Assembly: GCA_964553795.1 (NCBI GenBank)
Contig: CAZKMR010000010.1
Location: 267 to 64,266, forward strand
Source: an uncultured Bifidobacterium sp.
Lineage (GTDB): Bacteria; Verrucomicrobiota; Verrucomicrobiia; Limisphaerales; JADLHS01
Direction: 5' to 3'
Length of the DNA: 64,000 bases
Shown: positions 25,953 to 34,289 of the stretch, piece after piece
Layout: each line of letters begins with the position of its first letter
Position numbering within the stretch: the first letter of the stretch is position 1
Translations under genes and position numbers: made by a program
The notes under the pieces: generated by a model
Told to the model about the DNA's origin: nothing
Database searches by the model: none
What the model saw: only the letters and a program-made list of their open reading frames with translations

Positions 25953-27118
25953 AAAATCAACATGGCATCGCCGTAACTGAAGAAGCGGTAGCGTTCGCGA
26001 ATCGCCTCGGCATACGCGCTGAGAACGAGTTCGCGTCCATTTAATTGGCCTGGTGCGGCGAAAGCGCTGACCAGCATCAACAGCGTAGAGCAGGGGAGAT
26101 GGAAGTTGGTGAGCAAGCCATTCACGATGGCGAACTCGCGCGGCGGATGGATAAAAATTTTCGTGCGGCCGGGGCCGGAACGGATGGAAAAAGCGGAATT
26201 TGCGGCGGCGCTTAACTCCCTCGCCCCTCCCTGGGGGGAAGAGAGGGAGGAAACGGTTGCTTTAGTTTGCGCGGCGCTTTCGAGGACGCGCACACTGGTG
26301 GTGCCGACGGCGATGACGCGGCGACCTTCAGATTTCGCTTGGTTGACGGCCTTGGCCACGGTCTCGCTGACTTCAAATCGTTCCTCGTGCATGACGTGGT
26401 CGGCGATGTTCGCGGCTTTGACGGGAGCGAAAGTGCCGAGGCCGACGTGCAACGTGACAAAATGAATTTCCACGCCCAACGCGCGAAGTTCGGCGAGCAG
26501 CTTTTCAGTGAAGTGCAATCCCGCCGTGGGCGCGGCCACCGAACCAGCCGGATTGGCGAAGACGGTTTGGTAACGTTCCTTGTCGCTGGCGGGCAGTTGT
26601 TTTGGGTCGCGCTCGATGTAGGGCGGCAGCGGAAGTTCGCCCAATGCATCGAGTTCGGCGCAGATATTGTCCGTGCCCGAGAAACTGAGGCGGCGATGAC
26701 CTTCCGGGTTGATTGCGGTGACGATCGCGTGAATGGCTTTGGATTCAGAGTCCGGACTTCGCAGGGTGATGCGGGTGCCGACGCGGGCGCGTTTGCCGGG
26801 TTTCATCATCGCCCACCAATCGTTGGTGGTGTTTTCTTCCAGCAAAAGGATTTCAAAATTACCACCGGTCTCGGTGTTGACGCCCCTCAGCCGCGCCGGA
26901 ATAACCCGGGAATTATTCAGGATTAGCACGTCTCCCGACCGCAGATAACGTTTAAGGTCGGGAAAAATCCGGTGTTCCATTTGGCCGGAAGACCGATGCA
27001 ATACCAAAAGGCGCGATTGATCTCTTTGCGCCGCCGGATGCTGGGCAATCAGCTCGGGCGGCAAATTGAAATCAAAGTCGGCGGTGTGCACGCGCAGAGG
27101 GTAGTGAGCGCGCGCCAA
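25949..27118 (-). CDS. queA: S-adenosylmethionine:tRNA ribosyltransferase-isomerase
   Basis: 389 aa. FDFNLPPELIAQHPA, AAPTAGLHFT, AVGTTSVRVLESAA, TNFHLPCSTLLMLVSAF and YRFFSYGDAMLI are all classic QueA blocks. Confidence 0.9.
   Translation of the reverse strand: MARAHYPLRVHTADFDFNLPPELIAQHPAAQRDQSRLLVLHRSSGQMEHRIFPDLKRYLRSGDVLILNNSRVIPARLRGVNTETGGNFEILLLEENTTNDWWAMMKPGKRARVGTRITLRSPDSESKAIHAIVTAINPEGHRRLSFSGTDNICAELDALGELPLPPYIERDPKQLPASDKERYQTVFANPAGSVAAPTAGLHFTEKLLAELRALGVEIHFVTLHVGLGTFAPVKAANIADHVMHEERFEVSETVAKAVNQAKSEGRRVIAVGTTSVRVLESAAQTKATVSSLSSPQGGARELSAAANSAFSIRSGPGRTKIFIHPPREFAIVNGLLTNFHLPCSTLLMLVSAFAAPGQLNGRELVLSAYAEAIRERYRFFSYGDAMLIL
26216..26249. repeat. G/C palindromic element (CTCCCTC...GAGGGAG) inside the queA coding sequence
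   Basis: CTCCCTCGCCCCTCCCTGGGGGGAAGAGAGGGAG. Its reverse complement (..CCAGGGAGGGGCGAGGGAG) resembles the intergenic TTGGGAGGGGCTGGGGGTGGG element at 11681-11712. Confidence 0.55.
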
Positions 27119-27323
27119 TTTCCAATTTCAGAATTGTCGATGCTGGACGGATTCTTCGACTCGTTGAACTGATGAACTACATCTTGGGGAGATCGCGATG
27201 CGACTACCAGCGGTTGGGCTTTTTTTGGAGGGGGGAAAAGGAGGTTCAGAGTGGCAGCGAAAGGTTTTTCACCACTTGTCTTCAACGTGTGAATAAGTTC
27301 TGAAAAAAACTTCCCGATAGGTG

Positions 27324-27352
27324 TTGACTAAGAAAGGCGCTGGGTGTTTAAC
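27324..27352 (+). promoter_or_regulatory. Candidate sigma-70-type promoter of the dcw cluster
   Basis: TTGACT (27324-27329), a 17-nt spacer, then TTTAAC (27347-27352), about 30 nt upstream of mraZ. TGGG/GGGG-containing boxes follow (CTGGGT, AGGGGC, TGTGGC, ATGGGG) but lack the regular 10-bp phasing of characterised MraZ operators. Confidence 0.3.
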
Positions 27353-27383
27353 AGGGGCGTGAAATGTAGCGTTCTGTGGCAAA

Positions 27384-27884
27384 ATGGGGCAGCCACAAAA
27401 TGCCTGTGAACAAATGTCGAATTCCGCCATAGCCACGACGCCGATTTACAATTCCGTGTACCGCCACGGTTGTGATGAGAAGCGACGCATTCAAATCCCG
27501 GCGATGTGGCGACCGACGGAAGAAGGCGTGCAGTTCACATTGATCGTGTGGCCGCAACGAAACGAAGGTCCGTGTTTGCGCGTGTTGCCGCCGAAAGAAA
27601 TGGCGGAACTGATGGCGGAGTTGGATGCAATGCCAAACAGCAATCAAAACAAAACGGTGCTCAAGCGCATCATCGGTTCGAAGTCCACCCAGGTGGCTTT
27701 GGACAAGGCGGGGCGGATTTGTGTGCCGGAAGATTTGGCGGCGGCGGCGGGCATCAAAGTCGGAATGGAAGTGGTGCTCGTCGGTTTGTTGGATCGATTT
27801 GAGATTTGGGAGCCGGCGCGTTATGCGCGCGTTGATGCGGCAGACGATGTCCTGGCCTCGGAAGCCTTCAAGTTAATGGAATAA
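27384..27884 (+). CDS. mraZ: Transcriptional regulator MraZ
   Basis: 166 aa. Two SpoVT/AbrB-like repeats, CDEKRRIQIPAMWR and LDKAGRICVPEDLAAAAGI. First gene of the dcw cluster. The start may be the Met at 27414. Confidence 0.85.
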   Translation: MGQPQNACEQMSNSAIATTPIYNSVYRHGCDEKRRIQIPAMWRPTEEGVQFTLIVWPQRNEGPCLRVLPPKEMAELMAELDAMPNSNQNKTVLKRIIGSKSTQVALDKAGRICVPEDLAAAAGIKVGMEVVLVGLLDRFEIWEPARYARVDAADDVLASEAFKLME

Positions 27885-27890
27885 ACGAAC

Positions 27891-28445
27891 ATGAGCTTTG
27901 GACGATTATTGGCAGCGGGAAAAAGTCTGGTGAACGGCAATGTCGCCGGTCGCTATCAAATGCAGCGCGGCATGGCGTTGCCGCAATTTATTTCGCCGAA
28001 GAATCCCTTTAAGCAGGAAGCGGTGGCCAAACCGGTCGCGCCCCCGCCGGTGGTTGCCGCCCCTGCTACGAATTTGTCCGCTAGCGCGTCCGCGCCCGAG
28101 AGTACGTCGGCTCGTTTGCCAGTGGGCAAACTGTCGGCGGCACGGTCGGTCTCGCTGGTTCAGCGTGCGAAGAACGCGGGCACGATTCTTGGCGCGAAGC
28201 TCCGGGGCGGGGTGAAGCTGCGGGGTAGCGCGAAGTGGCTGGGAGGCGCAATGCAACGCGCGATGTTGTTTTGCCTGGATCACAATCCGTTTTCAGCCAT
28301 TGGCCGACCGAAGTTGATGGGCATTCCGCGCTTCGGCAAAGCGGCCGAACAAGGCGAGTTGTCGTTGGATCGTGTGAAAGTGGTGCGCAACGATTTAACG
28401 CATGCCGACCTGGAAGTGGTGCAGGTCGGCGGTGGCCAAAAATAA
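27891..28445 (+). CDS. Hypothetical protein inserted between mraZ and rsmH
   Basis: 184 aa. Starts 7 nt after the mraZ stop. Strong G/C third-position bias like its neighbours. Ala/Pro-rich linker (KPVAPPPVVAAPATNLSASASAP) and a C-terminal ELSLDRVKVVRNDLTHADLEVV. I recognise no family. Confidence 0.5.
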   Translation: MSFGRLLAAGKSLVNGNVAGRYQMQRGMALPQFISPKNPFKQEAVAKPVAPPPVVAAPATNLSASASAPESTSARLPVGKLSAARSVSLVQRAKNAGTILGAKLRGGVKLRGSAKWLGGAMQRAMLFCLDHNPFSAIGRPKLMGIPRFGKAAEQGELSLDRVKVVRNDLTHADLEVVQVGGGQK

Positions 28446-28466
28446 TTTCAGCGGCAGCGATGCAGA

Positions 28467-29393
28467 GTGAGCGAGTTCATTCACAAGCCCGTGTTGATGG
28501 CGGAAGTGCTCGCAGCACTGCAACCAAAGTCGGGTGGCAAATATGCCGACGGGACGCTGGGCGGCGCGGGTCACGCGGCGGCAGTGCTGGCGGCGAGCGC
28601 GCCGGACGGATGGTTGTGGGGTTGTGACCGGGACGGAGTTGCGCTCGAAGCGGCGGCCCAGCGATTGGCGGAATTTGCGGGCCGGTTTGAGTTGCGCCGC
28701 GGCAACTATGCGGAGTTGAGTGATTGGGTACCGGTGGCGAGTTGCGACGGGGTGCTGTTGGATCTGGGCGTGAGTAGTCCGCAGTTGGACGTGGCAGAGC
28801 GCGGATTCAGTTTCCAGGCCGATGGTCCGTTGGACATGCGGATGGATACACGGCAACCGGTGACCGCGGCCACGCTAATCAATACGGCGAGCGCGGAAGA
28901 GCTCGCGAAGATTTTTTGGGAATACGGCGACGAACGGGAATCGCGGCGGTTGGCGCGGGCAATCGTGCATGATCGCGAGTTGCGACCGTTCACGACGACG
29001 CGGCAGTTGGCGGAGTTGATGGAGCGATTATCGCCGCGGGCCGGTCGCAAGGCGCATCCGGCGACGCGGGTGTTCCAGGCGTTGCGCATCGCGGTGAACG
29101 ACGAGATCGGGTCGCTGGAACGCGGACTGAATGGCGCATTGAGGATTTTGAGACCCGGCGGGCGATTGGCGGTAATCACGTTTCACAGTCTCGAAGATCG
29201 TGTGGTGAAACGCTGGGGGCGCGAGCGGGCGCGGGATTACACCTTTGAAGGCGAGGATGTGCCCGAGCTGCGAACGCCGCGCGCGCCGGAGTTGCAATTG
29301 ATTTCGCGCAAGGCAATCACGCCGGGCGCAACCGAGTTGACGGAAAATCCGCGCAGCCGCAGCGCGCAATTGCGGGTGATGGAGAAATTATAA
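28467..29393 (+). CDS. rsmH: 16S rRNA (cytosine1402-N4)-methyltransferase
   Basis: 308 aa, GTG start. HKPVLMAEVL, DGTLGGAGHA, LLDLGVSSPQLD, RGFSF and ITFHSLEDR are the canonical RsmH/MraW blocks. Confidence 0.9.
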   Translation: MSEFIHKPVLMAEVLAALQPKSGGKYADGTLGGAGHAAAVLAASAPDGWLWGCDRDGVALEAAAQRLAEFAGRFELRRGNYAELSDWVPVASCDGVLLDLGVSSPQLDVAERGFSFQADGPLDMRMDTRQPVTAATLINTASAEELAKIFWEYGDERESRRLARAIVHDRELRPFTTTRQLAELMERLSPRAGRKAHPATRVFQALRIAVNDEIGSLERGLNGALRILRPGGRLAVITFHSLEDRVVKRWGRERARDYTFEGEDVPELRTPRAPELQLISRKAITPGATELTENPRSRSAQLRVMEKL

Positions 29394-29762
29394 ATGGCCA
29401 AGAATCGTAGAAATCAATCGGCGGCGATCCGGTTCGGTCCGGCGCTGAAGGCGGTGGGGCTGTGCCTGTTCATCGGCGGCGCGGCGGTGGGTTATGTCTG
29501 GCAAAAAAATCAGATCGATGTGTTGGGCCGGCAGATCAAAGCGCGGGAAATCAAGCTCGCGGAATTGCGCGATCAAAACAAGAAGCTACGGGATCAACTG
29601 GCCGTGTTGCATTCGCCGGCGCGATTGCTGGAGAAAGTGCAGCAATTGAATTTGGGGCTGGTGCCGCCGTCGCCGCGCGATGTGTGGCGAGTGGCGGAAC
29701 CGCTGGAGCGTCCGGCCGAAGCGGCGCCGGAATCCGGGGCGCGCCAATTGGCGGCGCGGTGA
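29394..29762 (+). CDS. ftsL: Cell division protein FtsL-like (bitopic, coiled coil)
   Basis: 122 aa. One TM helix AVGLCLFIGGAAVGYVW followed by a heptad-like IKAREIKLAELRDQNKKLRDQLAVL. Sits at the position between rsmH and ftsI. Confidence 0.7.
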   Translation: MAKNRRNQSAAIRFGPALKAVGLCLFIGGAAVGYVWQKNQIDVLGRQIKAREIKLAELRDQNKKLRDQLAVLHSPARLLEKVQQLNLGLVPPSPRDVWRVAEPLERPAEAAPESGARQLAAR

Positions 29763-29947
29763 GAAAGATTTTTTTGCCGCCGCCCGGGCTGCGGTCGTGA
29801 GGAACCGACTGCGCCGGGTGGCTGGCAAAAATTTGGCCGAAACCGAAACCTGAGCGGACTGAGTCCGCGGTGCGAGAAAGAGTTTTACCGCCGCCCGCGA
29901 CACGTTGGTTGAGGAACCGACGGTTGCGGGCGGTTGGTGAATTTTCA
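29755..29947 (+). repeat. Tandem duplication (period about 111 bp) of a hairpin-containing leader between ftsL and ftsI
   Basis: Copy 1 (29755-29836): GCGGTGAGAAAGATTTTTTTGCCGCCGCCCGGGCTGCGGTCGTGAGGAACCGACTGCGCCGGGTGGCTGG. Copy 2 (29866-29947): GCGGTGCGAGAAAGAGTTTTACCGCCGCCCGCGACACGTTGGTTGAGGAACCGACGGTTGCGGGCGGTTGG. Each folds into an extended stem with a conserved GAGGAAC apex. Confidence 0.7.
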
Positions 29948-31871
29948 GATGGGCAAAAAATTACAACTGAAGCGGGTGTTGCTGGTGGTAGGCGGTCTGG
30001 TCGGCATCTTCATCCTGTTGGGCGTGCGCCTGGCGGAGTTGCAAGTGTGGCGGCACGAGGAATTGAAGGCGCTCGCGCTGGAGAACACTGTCTATCGGCA
30101 GCGGATTCCGGCGCGCCGGGGCAACATTCTCGATGCGAGAGGCAATTTGCTGGCTTCGAGCACGCTGGTGAAAAATGTCTGTGCCGATCCCACGCTGATT
30201 GGCAATCGGCAGGCGGACGTGGCGCGGGCGATTGCGCCAATTCTCGGGATGAGGGAGGAGGAGGTTTATCAAAAATTGCTGCCGGGGACTTTCGTGCGGG
30301 ATGGGAAAACCAATGTCCTGCGTTATTCACGCATCAAGAAGGAAGTGCCGGTGGAGACCTGGCTCAAAGTCAAGGAGGCCATGGCCAATCTGGTGTTTCC
30401 GGGAGTGGATGAGAAAACGTTGCCGCGGTCGGAACGTCTCTTCCTGGCAAATTTGCGACAAAGCGCCATTGCCACGGAACGTGAGGACGATCAGGTGCGC
30501 AACTATCCCAACGGCGCCTTGGCGGCGCATGTGCTGGGGTTCGTGGGCCGCAATGGCGATACTAACTCGATTGATTACGGGCAGTTGATTGGCGCGGAAG
30601 GCATCGAACGCGTGTTCGACGACAAACTCGCGGGCACGTCGGGTTGGCGGGTCACCGAACGGGATCGGCGCGGCAACGAAGTGGTGGCATTGCGCGATCA
30701 GGATGTGCCGGCGCGGGACGGTTACAACGTGGTGCTGACGATTGATTCGGTGGTGCAAAACATTTTGGAACGCGCGTTGGAGGAAGCGTGCGAAAAACAT
30801 ACGCCGGCCAATATCACCGGAATCGTGATGCGCCCGCGCACGGGCGAGATTCTGGCGATGGCGTCGTTGCCGGACTTCGATCCGAACAACGTCCCGCGGG
30901 ATCCCGAACTGCGGCGCAATCGCTTGATCACCGATGTGTGCGAGCCGGGATCGACGTTCAAAATCGTGGTGGCGGCCGGCGCGCTGAATGACGGCAAGGT
31001 GTCGCTTGGGAAAGTTTACGATTGCGAACGCGGGCAGTTCCGGTTCGGGGGGCGAATTCTGCATGATCATGATCCTTACGGCGCGCTTTCGGTGCTGGGC
31101 ATTATCACCAAGTCGTCGAACATCGGCGCGGCGAAGATCGGCATCGATTTGGGAGAAGACCGGCTTTACGAATACATGTGTGATTTTGGCTTTGGCATGC
31201 CGACGGGCGTGCAGTTGCCGGGTGAATCCCGCGGCATTCTGCATCCGGTGAAGAAGTGGAGCAAAGTTTCCATCGCGCAGATTCCGATGGGCCACGGCGT
31301 GGCGACGACGCGATTGCAAATGGTGATGGCGATGGCGGCGATGGCTAACGACGGTTGGTTGATGCGCCCGATGCTGGTGAGTCAATTGCGGGATACGACC
31401 GGCAACGTGGTGACGCAATATCAGCCGCAACGCGTGCGTCAGGTTGTGAGCGCCAACACCGCCGCGCAGATGGTCAAAGCGCTGAAGACGGTGGTTTCCA
31501 CGGAAGGCACCGCGCCGAAAGCGGTCATGACCAACTACGTCGTCGCCGGTAAGACCGGCACGGCGCAAAAGCCCGGTCCGGGCGGTTACATGCCGGGCAA
31601 ATATATTTCTTCGTTCATTGGCTTTTTCCCCGCCGATAATCCGGAGGTGTGCATCTCCGTCGTGTTGGATGAACCCAAGCGCGGCTATTATGGCGGGGTG
31701 GTGGCGGCTCCGGTGTTCAAGGATGTGGCCACGGAGGTTGCCAGCTATTTGCACATCCCCCCGGACAGCGGTGTCCTGGGGAGCGCGGACCTCGCGGACC
31801 GCGCGCCGGATGTGTCAACCGCCCTGCGCCCGTGGCGAACTGTGGCGGCACAGCAAACCCGAACCCCCTGA
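29934..31871 (+). CDS. ftsI: Peptidoglycan D,D-transpeptidase FtsI (class B PBP)
   Basis: 645 aa (the ATG at 29949 is an alternative start). N-terminal TM helix. Transpeptidase motifs STFK, SSN and KTGTA are present. Confidence 0.9.
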   Translation: MVNFQMGKKLQLKRVLLVVGGLVGIFILLGVRLAELQVWRHEELKALALENTVYRQRIPARRGNILDARGNLLASSTLVKNVCADPTLIGNRQADVARAIAPILGMREEEVYQKLLPGTFVRDGKTNVLRYSRIKKEVPVETWLKVKEAMANLVFPGVDEKTLPRSERLFLANLRQSAIATEREDDQVRNYPNGALAAHVLGFVGRNGDTNSIDYGQLIGAEGIERVFDDKLAGTSGWRVTERDRRGNEVVALRDQDVPARDGYNVVLTIDSVVQNILERALEEACEKHTPANITGIVMRPRTGEILAMASLPDFDPNNVPRDPELRRNRLITDVCEPGSTFKIVVAAGALNDGKVSLGKVYDCERGQFRFGGRILHDHDPYGALSVLGIITKSSNIGAAKIGIDLGEDRLYEYMCDFGFGMPTGVQLPGESRGILHPVKKWSKVSIAQIPMGHGVATTRLQMVMAMAAMANDGWLMRPMLVSQLRDTTGNVVTQYQPQRVRQVVSANTAAQMVKALKTVVSTEGTAPKAVMTNYVVAGKTGTAQKPGPGGYMPGKYISSFIGFFPADNPEVCISVVLDEPKRGYYGGVVAAPVFKDVATEVASYLHIPPDSGVLGSADLADRAPDVSTALRPWRTVAAQQTRTP

Positions 31872-31874
31872 CCT

Positions 31875-32075
31875 ATGAATCCAAACAGCATCTCGCACCG
31901 GTTGTTTGCCGCCTCATTGTCGCAGGCCGCCCCGGCGCCAGCGAAACGTCCCGTTCGGACGCCGGCGAAAATCGCGTTCAAAGCGCATGCTTCGAAAGTG
32001 TCGCCGGCCATCAACGCCGCGGCGCGCAACATCAGCGAGTGGTCCTGGAGTGGTTGGCAACACACGACCACCTGA
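31875..32075 (+). CDS. Small hypothetical protein (66 aa) in the dcw cluster
   Basis: ATG 3 nt after the ftsI stop and stop 3 nt before the next ATG. G/C-rich third positions. No recognisable family. Confidence 0.4.
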   Translation: MNPNSISHRLFAASLSQAAPAPAKRPVRTPAKIAFKAHASKVSPAINAAARNISEWSWSGWQHTTT

Positions 32076-32078
32076 CGC

Positions 32079-32819
32079 ATGAACGGAATCGCGAAACCGC
32101 ATTTGCTCGGACTGGTGGCGGGATTTTTTCTCGCCACCGGGCTGGTGGTTTCGGCGCTGCTGGCGACCACGGCCTGGCTCAAAGTCAAAAACACGCAGTT
32201 CATCACGGTGAAAGGCTCGGCGCGCAAAAATGTGCGGGCGGATTTGACGGTGTGGCGGGGAACGTTCAGCACTCAAGCGGCAACCTTGCTGGAGGCGCAA
32301 CGACAATTGAAAGGGGACGCCGAAAAAGTGCGGGCGTTTATCGCGGCGCGCGGCGTGACCAATTTTTCCTTCACGCCTATCGGCATTGATGACGTGCGCG
32401 GCACGTTGACCGATGCGACCGGACTGACACAGCCGCAGATTTTGGGGTATCGGTTGAGTCAGACCGTGCGCGTTGAATCGAGCGAGGTAGATTTGATGAA
32501 TGAACTGGATCGCGATTCGGTGGCGCTGGTGGAACAAGGCGTTTTGTTCACGGCGCAGGCGCCGGAGTTTTTGTACACCAAAGCCGGCGAAGCGAAGGTG
32601 GAGATGCTGGCGGAAGCCACGCGCGATGCGCGGACCCGCGCCGAACAGATTGCCCAGCAAGGGGCGCGGCAAATTGCGCGCTTGCACGACGCGAACATGG
32701 GCGTGATTCAGATTGTTCCAATTTACAGCGGCCAGACCAGTTGGGAGGGGATGAATGATACATCCTCGCTGGACAAGACCATCACGGCGGTGGTGACCGC
32801 GACGTTTGCCTTGAAATGA
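32079..32819 (+). CDS. SIMPL (DUF541) domain protein, membrane-anchored
   Basis: 246 aa. N-terminal TM helix LLGLVAGFFLATGLVVSALLA. ITVKGSARKNVRADLTVWRGTFSTQAATLLEAQRQLKGDAEKV resembles the SIMPL/26-kDa periplasmic protein family. Occupies the slot usually held by murE. Confidence 0.65.
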   Translation: MNGIAKPHLLGLVAGFFLATGLVVSALLATTAWLKVKNTQFITVKGSARKNVRADLTVWRGTFSTQAATLLEAQRQLKGDAEKVRAFIAARGVTNFSFTPIGIDDVRGTLTDATGLTQPQILGYRLSQTVRVESSEVDLMNELDRDSVALVEQGVLFTAQAPEFLYTKAGEAKVEMLAEATRDARTRAEQIAQQGARQIARLHDANMGVIQIVPIYSGQTSWEGMNDTSSLDKTITAVVTATFALK

Positions 32820-32822
32820 ATT

Positions 32823-34220
32823 GTGGAAACCAGGGATGTGGAATTTGTAGTGGCGGCGGGTGCCGGGGAACTCGTGCAGGGTTCGCCCGCGACGCCCATT
32901 CGGCGCGTGAACACGGATTCGCGGCAGGCGCAGCCGGGAGATTTGTTTGTTGCCTTGAGTGGAGAACGATTCGATGGCCATGAATTTATTGCGGAAGTGG
33001 CGCAAAAAGGCGCGGCGGCGGTCCTCGTCGAAGAAACGCGTCGTTTGCCTGCGCTGCCGAATTGTGTGGTGATTGCCGTGGCGAATACCCGGCAGGCCTA
33101 CGGTCGGATTGCGGCGGCGTATCGAAAACAATTCACGCTGCCGATGATCGCGGTGGGCGGCTCGAACGGCAAGACGAGCACGAAGGAACTTATTGCGGCG
33201 GTGTTGCGGCAGAAACTAAACCCGCTGTGGAGCGAAGCCAGTTTCAATAATGATGTCGGCGTGCCGGCGACGTTGTTGCGGTTGGACCAAACGCACCGGG
33301 CGGCAGTGCTGGAAGTGGGTACCAATCATCCCGGCGAACTGGCGGCGCTGGTGGGGCTGATTGAACCGCAGTTCGGGGTGATCACGAATATCGGCCGCGA
33401 GCATTTGGAATTTTTCACGGATTTGGAAGGCGTGGCGCGCGAGGAAGGGGCGCTGGCGGAAGCGTTGCCAGCAAATGGTAAATTGTTTTTGAACGGTGAT
33501 GACGAATGGAGCGATGCAATTGCGAAACGCACGCAAGCGGTGGTGACGCGCGTCGGAAGCGGCGCACATTGCGAGTGGCGCGTGAGCACCGTGAAGATGG
33601 ACAAGAACGGTTCGACATTCACCGTGACCGCGCCGACGAAGGAATTCAGTGGTGCGTATCGCATCAGTCTGTTGGGCCGACATCAGGTCGGCAACGCGTT
33701 GTTCGCCATTGCACTGGGCGCGGAACTGGGATTGAACCGCGCGGAAATCAAACAAGGGTTGGCGACATGCGAACCGGCGAAGATGCGGTTGCAACTGTAT
33801 GAAGCGGCCGGGGTGCGCGTGTTGGATGACGCCTACAATGCGAATGCGGATTCGATGGTGGCGGCGTTGCAGGTGTTGCAGGAATTGCCGTGCAAAGGTC
33901 GGCGCGTGGCGGTGCTTGGCGACATGGCGGAACTCGGGGCGCACAGCGAAAGCGCGCATGCCGAAGTCGGACGACGCGCGGCGGAGTTGGGCGTGGAACA
34001 ATTGATCGCGGTGGGCAAGATGGCCGGCACGATGGCTCAAGCGGCGCGCGGCGCGGGGTTGAGTCGTGTGATTGAATTGGCCGATGCCGAAGCGGCGGCC
34101 ACGGCAATCAAATCATTTTTGAAACCCGGCGATACGGTGTTGCTGAAAGCGTCGCGGTCATCGCGATTGGAACGCATCGCCCAGGCGTTGAAAGCGGAAG
34201 AAGCGGGCAAGCGCAATTGA
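32823..34220 (+). CDS. murF: UDP-N-acetylmuramoyl-tripeptide--D-alanyl-D-alanine ligase
   Basis: 465 aa. TDSRQAQPGDLFVALSGERFDGHEF, GGSNGKTSTKE, GTNHPGEL and DAYNANADSM are MurF-type blocks rather than MurE-type. Confidence 0.9.
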   Translation: METRDVEFVVAAGAGELVQGSPATPIRRVNTDSRQAQPGDLFVALSGERFDGHEFIAEVAQKGAAAVLVEETRRLPALPNCVVIAVANTRQAYGRIAAAYRKQFTLPMIAVGGSNGKTSTKELIAAVLRQKLNPLWSEASFNNDVGVPATLLRLDQTHRAAVLEVGTNHPGELAALVGLIEPQFGVITNIGREHLEFFTDLEGVAREEGALAEALPANGKLFLNGDDEWSDAIAKRTQAVVTRVGSGAHCEWRVSTVKMDKNGSTFTVTAPTKEFSGAYRISLLGRHQVGNALFAIALGAELGLNRAEIKQGLATCEPAKMRLQLYEAAGVRVLDDAYNANADSMVAALQVLQELPCKGRRVAVLGDMAELGAHSESAHAEVGRRAAELGVEQLIAVGKMAGTMAQAARGAGLSRVIELADAEAAATAIKSFLKPGDTVLLKASRSSRLERIAQALKAEEAGKRN

Positions 34221-34289
34221 CCGACGCGCGAGCCAGGTGGGACTGGAGCGCGACAATGCGCGAACCAGAGCGCGAACGAATGGAAGCGA

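Noticed and set aside
30327-31754. 475-aa minus-strand ORF
   Set aside because: It lies entirely antisense to ftsI, which carries the STFK/SSN/KTG motifs. Its composition is Arg/His-rich with no recognisable domain.
31914-33131. 405-aa minus-strand ORF. The same applies to 33216..34040, 35721..36794, 37938..38936, 41603..42640, 60638..61861 and 62321..62956.
   Set aside because: All are antisense to genes with clear family motifs (SIMPL/murF, LysM/ftsW, murG, ftsA, feoB) and have the shadow-ORF composition.
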